NCBI RefSeq assembly: GCF_009914755.1
Contig: NC_060935.1
Direction: 5' to 3' (one strand)
DNA: 64,000 nucleotides
Source: the human T2T-CHM13v2.0 reference genome, Homo sapiens
The notes below the pieces were generated by a model that searched no databases, was not told the DNA's origin, and saw only the letters and a program-made list of their open reading frames with translations. Each line of letters starts with the position of its first letter. Position 1 is the first letter of the stretch. Below, one piece after another: positions 24,424-38,300 of this stretch. The position numbers and the translations under genes were made by a program.

Positions 24424-27406
24424 ATGTCCGTGTACTGAGGAGTAGGTCAGGGTTCAGAGGGGCTGCAAGATGCCATCGAAGGCTCTAGCTTAGCGACGTC
24501 GCTCCTGTTCTGGGCCCTGGGCTGGCCCTGGCCATGAAGTGCAGTCACAGTGTGGTCACTGCCTGTCTTCCAGCAGACTCTATGCCCTTGCGGCAGATGG
24601 GCTCTGTCTGGGCCTCTCTGTCTGCCCCTCCCAGGCCAGGGTGGCCCTTCATCAAGGACCCACATGCTCCACTCTGGGAGCAGGCCCCACCCAGGCCCAT
24701 TCCCCAGGATGCCAAGGGCTAAACTCTGGAGGGGTTGTGGTGCAAGGAAGGCCTGGGGCCCCTGAGGCTCCCATATGCTCACCCCTGGCCTCCTCCGGGC
24801 CTCTATTTCCCCATTGGTAACACGATGCTCCCTTAGCCTGTCCAGTTCTCTGAGTGGGACAGAGGGGCCACCACCCTGCTCGCCCTGACCCTGTTCCTGC
24901 AGCTTTCTGTGAGGCCCGCCTCTCCTAAGGTGGAAAGAGTGCCTCACTCTCGGCACAGACACACTCAACCGGGGCAGGTGCATCTGCTGTGCCCCCACCT
25001 CAGCTATTGGACCGTTTCTCAGTCCTTCAGGACTGCAGCCGCCTTCTGTCCTCTTTCCAGAGCCCATCCCGAAGTCTCAGGATATGAGGGCTTGGGGCAT
25101 CTGAGATATCAAGGATGGGGCTGTCCTGAGTCCACTGGGGGCAGGAGGCGGCCAGCAGCAGGTGGCAGGGACAGGGGCCCCAGGTTTCTGTGTGGAGTAG
25201 GGGTGGAAGCCCTTGTTAGAGGGAAAGGCCCTGGGTCCCACCTGGTGCCAAGCCCACTGGGCCCGTGCCCCCAACCCATGGGTCTTGGCATCTGGCCTGG
25301 CCAGCACTGACCGGGATGGACGAGGTGGAGGGGCAGCACGGGGCTTCCCAGGCTTCCCTGGCCTGCACCCCTCCGGGAGGAGCGGGAGCAGCAGTTACTG
25401 AAAGGCAGGAACTGTTGTTTCCTTGTTGGGTAAATATTTGTGGAAACCCGGGGATGCCGGCCGGAAAGCAAGGCCCCCCAGCCCCGGCCGCCCACCCCGG
25501 GACCCTGGCCCACAGGGAGCTCCGTGGGGCCGCCCATCTGGGCCGGGCGCGGCCCCGGCACCCAGCCCGCCTTGTTGTCCATATTATGGACTGCGCACAA
25601 AGTGCCCGAGGACTCCTCTCCTGGACGGGCCATTGCAGCCCTCTCGGGTGTGAAATGCAATTTACCTGAAATAAAGCCCAATTATGGAATTAGCTAATTA
25701 AAGCCATGGCGGAGGCTGGGCCTGGCCGGCCGAGTGCTCAATGCCCGCCGGTGCCCGTGGACTGAGGGAACAGATGGCGCCTCGGCCCGCCGTGCCGGCC
25801 GCATTCCTTCACTCTGTCCCCCGATAAGTGACCTAGACAGCACACGACCATCTGGTGTGTGGCACGTCCTGCGGGCCCCGGACAATGGCCCGGCAGACCT
25901 CTCTGCGAGAGGGCCGTCGCCCGGGCAACGGTGGCATGTGCAGCCCCGACCCATTCACGGCCCCTCCCGCAGCCCCTTTCTTCGGGCCCTTTGTGGCCTC
26001 ACCGCGGCTGCCTGGCTGCTCTGGCTGAGGATAGCCATGAGTGTTTGTCCCCAGAGCCGGCCTTTGTCTCCAAATTGGGCTCCCTTATTGAGGTCCTCGG
26101 GGTCCAATGGGTGCCAGGAGCATCTGCTGGGGGTGACTGGGGGAGGGGCTGCTCCTGCTTCCTGGGGCACCCACCTCCTCTGCCAGGCTCTCCTCCCCCG
26201 TTGCCTGCCCCCAGATGTCCCCTCGTGGGTGCTGGGCGTGGCCATGGGGAAGCCCGTCTCTAGGGCTGGCACTGGCCAAGCCCGAGGTTCTCCCATCTTC
26301 GGGCCAGGGGGCCAGGAGGAGGAGGAGTCAAGGGCGGGGCCGACCTGCAGCCCCTCAGCTCCCACCCCAGTCCTGTCTGCGAAATGGGGAACAGTAAAAG
26401 TGCCCCCTAGAAGGGGCGTACGGGGCAGGGGCTTGATGGAGATGAGACATGTGAGCACACAGTAGGTGCTTAATAAAGGAAGCCAAACAAACCACCTGGG
26501 TGGGTGATACTGGGCTCTGCCTCCTTGCTGCTCTCCTGCCTGTTGCCTCGGAGCTCCTTTCTGAGGCCCCTCCTGCATCTAGCCTTACCCCACCAAGCTC
26601 CCTGCCCCTCGGTGCCAGGGAGAGCTGTCCAAACCCAAGCTGGCAGTTCCCCATCCTGCTCTCAAGCCAACCATGACTCCCCACTGCTGAGTGGGCCTGT
26701 GAGGCCCCACAGGCTGCAACCCTGCCACTCACCCTGGGCATCCCCCGCCATGAGCCCAGCTTCCCCATCCTCACCCTGTACTTGACGTCCAGCCCCCCTC
26801 CCTACTCAGGACCTCCTCTGAGCACCATCTTGGCAGGCAGTCCCCCACCAGCGTGGTGGTCAGGAGTCAGGCCCACCACTGGGAGAGGGGCTGTGCTGGG
26901 CCTTTGAGGCCCCAAAAAGGAGCCGGGGCTGGCAGTGCCTAGTACAAGCCTGGCCCCAGCTGGGTGCTCAGGAAGTGCCAGTTAAATTAAGGAATAAAAT
27001 GAAAAGTTGGAAGGAGGCTGCCCAGTGCTGCATGTGCAGCAGAGGTACCAGGACCCAAGCAGGGCATCACCAGGCGTCCCTCCAATGGACAGGAGAGGGG
27101 TCCACACCCTGCGCCCTGAAGGAGGGATCAGGCCAGGTGTTTTGATCTGGGGCAGCCAGACAGCTGGGGGAAGGAGCAGGAAGGCAGACAAGAGCCAGGG
27201 CTCCTGGGGCCACCACACACAGCACCCCCATCTCCAGGGGATTTGCTGAGTCACCTGCAGGGATGAAGACTGCCCTTTCTCAACTATATCAAGTCCCTAA
27301 TTTGGAGTGCCCATCTGAGCTGTGCCAAAGCCTGCTCCCCCCAGCACCCCAGCCTCCTCTCAGCACAGCCCTCAGGGCTCTAGGACCCAGGGGTTCCTTG
27401 CGAATC

Positions 27407-27697
27407 TTTTTTTTTTTTTTTGAGACGGAGTCTCACTCTGTCTCTCAGGCTGGAGTGCAGTGGCACGATCTCAGCTCACTGCAAGCTCCACCTCCTGCCA
27501 TTCTCCTGCCTCAGCCTCCCGAGTAGCTGGGACTACAGGCGCCCACCACCACGCCCGGCTAATTTTTTTTTGTATTTTTAGTAGAGATGGGGTTTAACCA
27601 TGTCAGCCAGGATGGCCTCGATTTCCTGACCTCGTGATCCGCCCGCCTCGGCCTCCCAAAGTGCCGGGATTACAGGCATGAGCCACCGCACCCGGCC
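27407..27697 (-). mobile_element. Alu (Y/Sc-like)
   Basis: Poly-T, dimeric Alu body, ends cccggcc; degenerate TSD tccttg. Confidence 0.95.
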
Positions 27698-29540
27698 TCC
27701 TTGGGGATCTTAAGCGTGTCTCACCCTCACCATTCTCGGCCCCCAACTGCACCAACCCCGCTCTTGCCTCTGGCCCTATTCTTGTGGCCCTGGAGGGCCA
27801 GCTAGTTGGGAGATCAGGCCTGTGGCCTGTGTCCCAGCACCCTTCACCTTTCCTGTCCCCACCCAGGTCAGCCAGGGTCCCAGGCAGCCAGGCCTGGAGG
27901 ATGCTTGGGGCAGCCAAAGCCAAACAGAGCTTCAGTTTCCACTGGCCTCTGAGTGCAGACAGCCGGGGCCAGGGCCCCCTGGAAGCTGACAGGTCCCACC
28001 CCGGCCCTTCCCAACTCCACTGTGGAGCCTTGGTGAGGAAGCCTAGAGGGCCCTCAGTCGGGCAGTGCAGGAGGGCTGGGGGCTGCCACCCCAGCCCAAG
28101 GCCTTAGAGGCCAAGGCCCCAGCCTGTCCCACCCAGGCACTGGCTGGGTAATAGGAGGCGGGGCATCCACTCTGCCCTCAAGATCCTTCTCCCTCAGTAG
28201 GTCCTGCTATGACCTCCTGGCCCTCCTCTTCAGCACCCCGTACCAGGCCTCCTACAACTCCCCTCCCCTGCAGCCCCCACAGCTCAAGGCACCTGAGTGA
28301 GGCAGAGCGTAAAGGAGATGGACAGCCTGGCCCAGGGCAGCCCTGCTGGACTCCAGGAGATGCTTGGGCCCGCTCCCCACTCTTCCTTCTAGACCCTCAC
28401 CCATGGCTCCCAGAGGGGACGAGGCCGCCCTTAATTCCCAGAGCCAAGCCCAGCCCCACCGCCCACCTATCCCCAGGCTTGGGTTTCGCACACGTACAGG
28501 CAGCGAGCCCGAGGCCCAGGAAGACACAAGCCGGGCCCAGAGGTGGCCATGGATGGCTCAGTGGACAGAATCCATCCTGGTGCCTTCTGGGGCCTCAAAC
28601 ACACAGCTCCTTCCACTTCCCGGGAGTGGCCCCAAGGTGCAGGGGTGGGGGTGTCGAGATGGAGTCCAGGGCTTGTCACTTGGGCACAGTGATCCCCACC
28701 TGCATGACCCATGACCCTGGAAACCCCCCCCACCTTCTCCTCTCCCCACTGCCGGCCCCTCCACAACATTCCCCGTGACATGCTCCTTTCCAGCCTGCAG
28801 GACGCATGGGGTCTTTCTGTGGCATTGCAGCTGAGCAGCATCAGGGCAGGAGGTGCAGGCTCTGGGAACCAGGCTCACAGCTTCATCTCCCTCCTGGGCC
28901 TGCGCCCTGGGAAGCCGGTGGCAGCGGCAAACCCACGGAGAGGAGTTAACAGGTGCCCGAGGACAGAGAAGACTCATGCTGAGGGGAGAGACCCCAGAGC
29001 AAAAAGGCCTCAGAGCTCGTGAAGCCCCCCACCCGGTACAGACAGGGAGACCAAGGCTGGGGGAAGGCCGGGCCTGTGCTGCGCCTGTTTGTGTGACTTT
29101 GCATTGGAAAAGCCTCAGAGAAGAAATGGGGCTTCCACAGCAGAGAAGGTAGCTCAGCCAGGAAGCCAGAGGGCAGGAATGAACTGACTGGCTGAAAGCA
29201 AGAGCTGGCCTTGCCAGACCTTTGGCCGGAGAGGCCAGATCTGAGGAAGAGATGTTCAAAATTCCAGGGTGGTCTGAGCACAGCTCCTCTGCTGGCCCAC
29301 ACAGGCCAAGAAGCCACAAAGCACTGTGCCTGCCTGATACAGCCAAGGGTCAGGTGGGCCTTCAGAACACACCGACTGGCTCCAAGAAGGCTGCTGTTGC
29401 ACCTGCCACACAGAAAATCTCAAACTTCCCAGTTAGATCCTCAAGAAACTCTGTTACAGCCTGACCGCAAATGTGATTCACCAAACCCCACTGAATGACT
29501 TTTGGTTGTTTCTTAACCACATCCCTCCCCTGGCCAATGC

Positions 29541-29840
29541 TGACACACACCTACACACACCTGCACACACACACACCTTCACACATACCTACACACACAC
29601 CTACCCTACAAACCTGCACACACAATACACATACTTACACACCTACACCCCTACACACACCTACACATACACCTACACACCTACACCCCTACACACCGAC
29701 ACCCCTACACACCTACACCCCTACACACCGACACCCCTACACACACACACATCTACACACCTACAACCCTACACACACACACACACACATCTACACACCT
29801 ACACCCCGACACCGCTACACACACACACATACCTACAACA
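29541..29840 (+). repeat. (CACACCTA/CACC)-rich compound tandem repeat
   Basis: ~300 bp almost only C and A, with periodic cta. Confidence 0.95.
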
Positions 29841-31464
29841 CAAGAAGTGCCTCCACTGTGTGTGTGGCACGAGGCAGTGGGAATGAAGGAAAAGCTGAAG
29901 CCAGAAGCCAGGGATCCCCTCATTCACAGCCTGGCTCAGCCCCTCTCTCAGGTGCCCTGGGGCAGGAGCCAGGCTTCTCTGAGTTTCAGTCGCTCACTGC
30001 AACCACAGCTCCACAGAACTGACCCCAGGATCCTCAGTGGAAGAGAAGATATTGCAAAAGCCGGCGCCAACGCAAGACCAAACAGCAATGACAGAGCTCA
30101 CTGTGCTCAGGGAGAACCATGTACTGACGTCCTCTTCAGTCCAGCAACCTGGAGCTTTGACACACAAACAGCCCCTGAGACAGAGGTCTCCGCAGCAAAT
30201 CCACCCACGGGACACTTCTGCCAGGCAGAGCCTGAGTCAGCACAGGTGACCAGAGAGGGAAGGGCCCCAAATGCCATCCAGTTCTCCCAGAACAGCCGAG
30301 GGAGGTCACAAGTGGCCCAGGTGCCATGGGGAAGAGTGGCCCCATAGCAAGGCCAGGATGCCGCTGGTGTCAGAAGCCCCCCGAGCACCCAGAGGGGCAG
30401 AGGATCTGTGGGAGGAGCCTTCAGGTGGGCACTCAGGGAGCACTCACCCCAACTGTGCCCCCAGCCACCCCAAGAAGGCCTGGCCGGAAGCATCTCTGCC
30501 AGGGACAATGGGAGCAATGGGCTAGAGGTGGACTGGCCAGGCTCTGGAAGAGGAGGCTCCAGCTGGGAGAGGCCACAACCCCGGGGTGGGGCCCCTCCAG
30601 GGCACTTGAGGGTGGAACTGTGCAGCCCCTGAGTGTTGATGGGCCTGGCCTGGGCCGACCCCAGAGACTCCAGCAGAGGCCCAGGGAGCTGGACCGTAGC
30701 ATCGCCCAGGGAAAGGGCCCGTCCTGGGGGTGGGCAGGAGGCTGCTTGAGAAAGGCTTCTAAAGAGGGGTTGTCAGGATGGTGGTGAATGCCATTAAATA
30801 ATTTCAAAGGGTCTTAATCAAATCCCCTCTCGGTCCACGAGATCATGTCAAAGGACTCTGGAGAGGAAAAGAGGGGCAGACACTTCCCGTGCGTCTTCCA
30901 CTTGACTGGCTGGCCCTGCGGCGTGGGGGCCTGCGGGCTCTCGCTCCGCCTGTAACTCCGTTTTTGACCCCAGCCAAGCCTGTCTCCTCTCTGGGCCTCC
31001 ACCTCATCCTTGGGGTGAACCCACACTGCCCAGTTCAGGGAGCAGGCACCACCTCAGAGGGGGTCTGCAAGGGAAATGTCTCATCTCACCGCTTTAGGAG
31101 GAGGCCTCAGCGGCATCTCCAAACCATCGACGCAGCTGCTGAGAACCACCACTTACAGAAGGGGAAATTGAGGCATAGAAGAGCCATAGGATGGGGAGGC
31201 TCTTTCACAGCTTCCAGAGCCTGAATTTCCTGGGAACTTGGGCCTGGTGCTTGACCGTGCATTGCCTTGGTTTCTCATCTATCAAACAGGCTGAGACCAC
31301 ATCCTACCTCACATGGTTAGGGTGGGCTGTGAGCCAGGCAACGCAGCACATGTGATAGGTGCTTCCAGAATGTTCTACGGTGACATCTCAAGCCCACGGT
31401 CCTCAATGGTCCTGTTGGGCTCCTTCAGAATCCCCCCAGATGCCCCACATCATCTGCCCTGGAC

Positions 31465-31753
<289 letters not shown>

Positions 31754-32779
31754 GCCTTGGGCATTTTTTCAAAGTATAGACACAAAACCTTCGTATTGTG
31801 TGTTCCCAAATGTCCCACAGCCGTAGGCTGGACAAAGCAGGGCCATTCACCCCCGCCACAGCCACACACCTCTCCCACCTGGGTAGTTAACCTGCAAGTG
31901 CTAAGGGCTCTGAAACCACACAGCAGCGGCCTGTGATCCGAATTGTTCTGCAGCTGTCTGTCCTCACCCATCTGATGCTATGGAACCCATCTGTGGAGAC
32001 CTTCCTGTTCTCCTGACCTTCTGCAAAGAGTTTCTCAGACAGCTGTGACCTAACTGTGTCCAGCCTCCCTATGCAAATGGAAATTCACCCATTCTGGGTT
32101 GAGCTGAGATTCAAACTCACACCCAGCCACCCCACATGCACCCTAAGAGCCAAAATCACTCTCCCAGAGCTGTTCCCGGCCCCATCAAGCAGGTGCACGG
32201 GCAACAGTCCGGGCTCAGAAGCTGCCTCCTCTCGGGCTCCCAGGCCCGGCCACTCCTCTGACACCACTGGCTACGACCACTGTTCTGGGGCAAAGACAGC
32301 CAGGTGGGCATACCCAGGTTGGGGGCTGTGGATGGAACAAATGAACCAGTGAAAGCTGGGAACACTCCCAGGAAGAGGGCTTTGTGTGCCCCCAGCCCTG
32401 GTCTCACCCCTTCCCTGGCCCTGGGATGAGGAGAGTCACCCCACAGAGGCCTTCCAGTGCAAGTGCCAGCCGGGGCCCCTCATCGACTACCTGATGCTAC
32501 CATGCCCCCAGCTGATGGGACAGAGATGAGGCCCTGGAAGCTCAGCCCTCGTCCAAGGGCACCCAGTGACCAACCGCACCCGCTGGACTTCAAACTTGGA
32601 GCTCTGTGCCACCAGGAAGCCCCCTCACCCCCACCACTGAAGGAGCTCGAGAAACGCCAGACTATGCTGCTTTGGGATGTAGACCACCTGGAGCTGCAGG
32701 CAGGAGAGGCGGCCGCCAGGGGCATCGGCCCAGAAGGCCCCTCACCTCCTCCGCTGAGGGCTGCCCAGAGGCAATGTGG

Positions 32780-33070
32780 GTCCCAGGGGACTTTTCATCT
32801 GCATCTGGAGACCACCGTCACTCATGCTCCCTCCCTGGCCCTCCCACGACTGGTGCAGCCCCCACCCCAGAAGCCCCAGCCCCTATTCCTCTCTGTGGTT
32901 GGGAGGACATATAAGCTTAAATCACCTTGCCCTTCTCTGGGTGTCACGCTTTGTGGCCTTCCCTCGTACGTACATAATGAAAATTATTTCTTTCCTTCTG
33001 CTAATCTGCTCAGTTTAACTCGTGGCCCAAAGAACAAGGGCCGGGGGCAAGACAATTTCACTCCCTGCAC
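32780..33070 (+). mobile_element. Probable ERV1-type LTR remnant (MER34/MER39-like)
   Basis: TATA-like catataag, then ttctgctaatctgctcagttt...aatttcactccctgca terminus; by eye only. Confidence 0.45.
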
Positions 33071-36000
33071 TACCAGGAGCACCCGTGCCTCCGGAGGAGC
33101 CAGCAGAGAGGGCCGGCCCCAGCCCTCATCTCAGCAGAAGCCAGGCTGCGCTAGGGAGCAGAGAGGCCAGTGGGGGTCAGTCCCCAGGCCCCTGGTGCCA
33201 CGAACACACTCCTCCCTCCCTCCCCCATGGCCCCCCTGCCACCATCCTTGAGGTGAAGCAGGCAGAACTGTGTCCCGAAAACGCTCCACAGCCCCCGCGT
33301 GTGTCCAGGTGGCTTCAGTTACCCGGCGCCTGGCTGGCCCAGCCTGCAGAGAGCCCTGCCAAGGCCTGGCACCGCTGTCCCGAGCGGCCCCTCTTGCCGC
33401 CAGCGAGCCCAAGAGGCCTCAGGGCACAGGCAGACTGCTTTCCCCTACGCGGACTGGCCCCTGCTCCCCAGGAAAAGGCTTCATTGTCTCCCACCCCCCG
33501 GCCACCGCCTGGCTCAGGAGACACGGGGGCTCCAAGCTGCGAGGTCACCCGGCCTTGCAGAATCCACCTGCAGCCGCACCAGTCCAGGAAACCAAATCCC
33601 AGCGGCAGATGACAGCCGAGGGTGGCAGGACAGAGTGCCCATTCAGCCTCCGCTGGAGCCGGCCTGGCCTGACCTGGCGGCCGCCTCCCCTACCTGGGCC
33701 CTCTGGTGCCTGAGCCCAGGCCTCACTTAGCCTCTGCTGACCAGAGAGAGGGCTGGGACGTGCCCCACCCTGGGGCACCCACAAGTGTGAGGATGGCTGG
33801 TGAAGGTGGCAGAGACCCTGCCCCACAACCAGGGCCTCCTGCAGCCCAGAGTGGGCTCAAGGGAGTCTCCAAGCCAAGCATTAACAGGGATCTCCTTTGA
33901 ACTTGCCAAGCATTGCTGCCCCATCTTACGTATGAGGAGCCTGAGGCTGGGAACCAACTCACCTTTCAGCTGGGTGCAGCCAAGCTGGAGCCTCGCTGCC
34001 TCAGGGGTCCCTCCTCAGTGAGCAGATGGAGAAGGTGGCCTGGAAAGGGCCCCAGGCTGCACAGCAGCCTGTTGTAGGGAAGAGGAGACGGGCCAAGGCA
34101 TGGGGACACATGGACCCATTTCACAGACAGGCAGCTGAGGTGGCAGCCTCGGCAGCAAGCTGACAAGAAGACACCAGGACAGCCCTTGCGTGAGTTGCAT
34201 CGAAGACAGGAGACCCGCCCACCCTCCCCTCCTTACCATCCTGCAGGACCTGAGACCACCAGCCATAGCTGGTCCCTCATCGCCTCCCCCTATCCCCAGC
34301 CCTGGCCTCTGCATTTGGGCAAAGGCTATGGAGGAAGAGGCTTTGGCTTTTTGGCCCTGGCTTCAGCCAAATCCCCCAAGCACCTCGTGGAGGAGAATGG
34401 CTGCACCTGGGAGCCACGTGGGCTCCATGGAGGCCCTAAAGAGACCAGGCCTCAGCCCCAGGTGAGGCTTAATACCCCCTCTCCAGGCAGAAAGTAACCA
34501 TTTCTTTTCCAGTGGTTCTCCAGCTTAGGGTCTCCAGCCAGACTGGCCGCTTATGGGCCAGGTGTAAAGAGAGGGACAGAGGGGGCAGGGAAGTGCGAGT
34601 GTTCTCAGGCCACTGGGGCCCGTCCCCACCCACACCCAGTCATCAGCCCCAGGGACAGCCAGGCCCTCCGCAGTGCAGGGTACACCCCGATTCTGCAGCC
34701 GGGCCCCAGGGCCCAGTGCTTCCTCCAGGCTGCCCCGGGCTCCCTCCTGAGTGGCAGGCCCAGGCCCGGACTCTGGCCCCAACCCGCAGGCTCAGAGGCA
34801 GCCCTGCCTTCCACAGACCAGGCCACGAGTTGCCTGTCACTCAGCTCTTCTGCCTGGTTGGTCACACTGAAAAGAGCATCCCGTGGCTGGGAGGCATGGA
34901 TATCAGCTCCAACTCGGCTCAGGAAGCAAGAGCTGGAAACCCAGGCGCAGGAGGCATCTTCAGGCCCGGCGCGTGCTGTGGCAGCTGCCCCAGGTCCTCC
35001 CAAACGCCACCTGCCAAACTGGCCCTCCTCCCCATCTGGGTTTAGCAAACTCCTACTCATCCTCCAAAGCCCAGAGCGAAAGGGCTCCTCTTCCATGATG
35101 CTCCTCTTCCAAAAGCAGCCCAGGGTCTCCCCTACGGCACTCAGCACCCACCGCAGACACTGTCTGTGTCCTTGAAGCTGATCTCCCTGCCAGACGGGCA
35201 GCGGCCCTCGAGGGCATTGCAAATGGGATGCCTGACAAGAACAACCCTTGAGGATTAGGAAATAGGGGTCTGCTGGAAGCCAATGCAGGCTGGATCTGAG
35301 ACCTCCTGAAGACAAAGCGCAGGGAGCTGTGCTCATGCTCACACTGGGCATGGGGTTCACACTGTCTGCTGAGGGCTGCTTCCCTGTCCTGGAGGATGGG
35401 AAGGACAGAGGGGAAAGAGGGGCTCACCCACATCCTGCTCTCTGCACAGTGCCCCCTCCAGCGCCTGTCCACACAGACCAGCCGCACTGCAGTCCCTCAG
35501 AAGCCCTAGGGTTCCACCCCATCTATGCACCCTCTCCCTGGGTTCATGCCTGCTCCCCTGGGCCCACCCCACCCATGCGCCTACTCCCCCCACAGCCCAC
35601 CCATCCCCAGAACCCTCCTTGCCCACATGCCACAGCAGTATACTTTTGAAGGCAACACTGAAGGTGGGGAGTTTCTGAAATCCTCTGTGCTTCCATCTCC
35701 TCCATGGGCGCACCCCAAGAGGTTGGGAGAGCGAGGTGCTGGTGCCCAGCCCAGCACAGATAGATGAGGCCACCGTCCAGTCTACTTCGTTTTTCCAGAC
35801 ATCTCACACCCATAACTGGCCTGAGGAACCTCATTCCAGCTTCCAAAGAACACGGAGTGCCAAGCACCACCACACCCCAGGCTCCACACCTCCCAGAACC
35901 CTTGTGGTAGGGGAAGGAGGGGGTTACTCTGCCCCATTTACCTAAGGGAAACTGTAAGGCCTGGATGGAGAAGTGCCCCCCCTCCAGCTCACACGGCTAC

Positions 36001-37539
36001 CAGGCCAGAGACCTTTGCCCCACCACACATGTTGGCCCACAGATGAGGCGGTGAGTCATTCAGCCACATCACAGACGGGAGATCCCCTGCCCCTTGGGAG
36101 GAGCTGGAGTCCCCACACCTGGGATCCAGTGCCAGGCTTTAGCACGGACCCCTGTGTGCCCACACCCACCCTGTCTGAACCCCCCATTAAGGGACTCGTG
36201 TTTACACACCGGTCCCTGAGTCCCCGATTTCTGAGAAAATTAATTGGCAGGGTAATTCTCACTAGAGTGTTGTTGACTTCTCCATTTGTAGCTTGCTCTT
36301 TCTGACAGTATCTGCACTGCAGAGGGAGAACCTGAAGAAGACCTCACCTGAGCTCCGAGGTGTGGATTTCTGGGCAGATTTGAGACTTTGTGGCCCCTGC
36401 TAAGGGGATATAATTGAGGGTCCCCATAAATCATGACTCGGTCTATGAGGAACCAGCACCTAGCTGCATCCCCAGCCTCTTCCTTCTTCACACCCAAGCA
36501 AAACCCCAGGTTCCAGCCCCACCTAGCAGACTGAGGGCAGGCCATGGTCCCCCCTGCTCCATTCCAGACTCCACTCTGGCTTTTCTCCTTCAGGAAACCT
36601 CCTCATAACCCTCAGGCTGGGTCCGGGGCCCAGGCCCTACAGATGTGCTGGGTGCTGGTGCTGACAGACAGGACGGCAACCGTAGCTGGACCTCACCCTG
36701 GACAGCATCGCCACAACCCCCACTGGTCCACCTGGGAGAACAGAGACCCAGAGATAGCCACACACTGTCCTCTGTGCCCCTCATTGCCCCCCAGGCCTTT
36801 GGGGGTTCTGGGGGTGGCTACTGCAGTTTAATTTGGGCCACAACCCCTAATGAGCAGCCCAACGGCATGGGGGGCAGTTTGTAGGCACCCAGAGCCTGAG
36901 CAATGTGGCAGAAAGTCCAGGGGGCCTTCCAGGGGCCTCCAAGTGACCCAGGTATCTGGCAGAGCCCAGCTGGCCCCAGGGCTCCCAGTCCCGGCCTCCT
37001 GCTCCCCGGCCCATTGGCCCTGGCTGCAGCCTCAGTTGTACCAGCTGGGGAGTCCCAGATTTCCTGTACCACCACCCCACACACTTGGTCCCCTAAAGAC
37101 CTGATACTGAGCTCTTGCTAATCATCTGGCTGTCACTAAGCTGCCCCACAACCATTTTCAAAGAGTCCCTGATTTTTAAGGCCCATAAAACACTGTGAAA
37201 TGGCCTTTTTCAAACATTGAGGGCATTAATGACCATGGCAAAAACAAAAACCTGTCCAGGTGGCCAGTTTTTAGTAGCTCCCAATACAAAATTGCCCCCA
37301 CCACGCAGCCCCCACCTGTCCACGCCCCCTCCACTTACCCACCCCGAGGGATTCTAGCCAGGACCCCTGCGTCCTGAGAAATCCTTTCCGGGAGTAGGCT
37401 GGGGAATACCGGCCCAGAGGGGCGAGGACCGGATGGGGGCAGGGGTAGGGTTCAAGGGGCCAGGGTCCCAGGGGCTCTCCTGGAGGCTGCAGAGGAACCC
37501 AGCCTGGGTGGGGGGCTCCGACGCTCCACAGCCTGTCCT

Positions 37540-38300
37540 GGCCCGGCCAGGCCCGGCCCGGCCCGGCCCCCTGCCCAGTCGCGGCACTGCCCGGCCCGAC
37601 CCCCAGACCTTCGGGGTGCCCAGTCCGAGCCTGGGCCGCTAGGGGCCGCGGGCCTGGCGGGCGGGGCGGGGGCCGGGGTCGGGGGTCCGGCGAGCTTTAA
37701 TGCGCGCACAAAGCCTCATTTGCAGGTCAATGCCGCGGCACACTCGCCTCTCCCCTCGCCCGGCGCCCTTTGTCCGGCCGCGCCCGCTCCTCGCGCCAGA
37801 TGGCCGCGGAAATGCTAATTTCGGGCGCCCCTGCCCCCCCACCCCCGCGTTTAATTGCGCCTTTGCAGATGGGCCGCGAGTGTGCGCTTCATGCAGATGA
37901 GCGCGGCCTCGCCGCCTTCCTCGGACCTCCGGGAGCCGCGGCCGGGCGTGCTGGGGCCGAGGGCAGGGAGGGGGCCGCTGTCCCTCCACTCGACGCGCCG
38001 CCGGGCACGGGCGGGCACCCAGCGGCCCGGGCCCGGGAAGCGCGCTTCTCTCTTTTCATTTCTCCAAAATGGGATCTTAAGTGATTCTGAATGAAAACAA
38101 ATTGGCCCGCTTTCTTCTCCAAACAGACGCGCGGCGCGGTGGGGGCGGCGGGCGCGGGCCCGGGGCGGCCCGGGCGGTGGGGTTGGCTCCGGGACCCCCT
38201 GCCCGGCCCGGCCCTCGCGCCTTCTCCCCGCGGCCCGCCTTCCTCAGCCCTGGGCCGGCGGCACTTGGAGGCGGCCGGGCAAAACGGCAGACGTGGGGGC
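37540..38300. promoter_or_regulatory. Intergenic CpG island
   Basis: Very high GC and CpG density, multiple GC boxes. Confidence 0.9.

Noticed and set aside
29473-30022. His/Thr/Pro/Tyr-rich ORFs
   Set aside because: Translation of the CA-rich tandem repeat.
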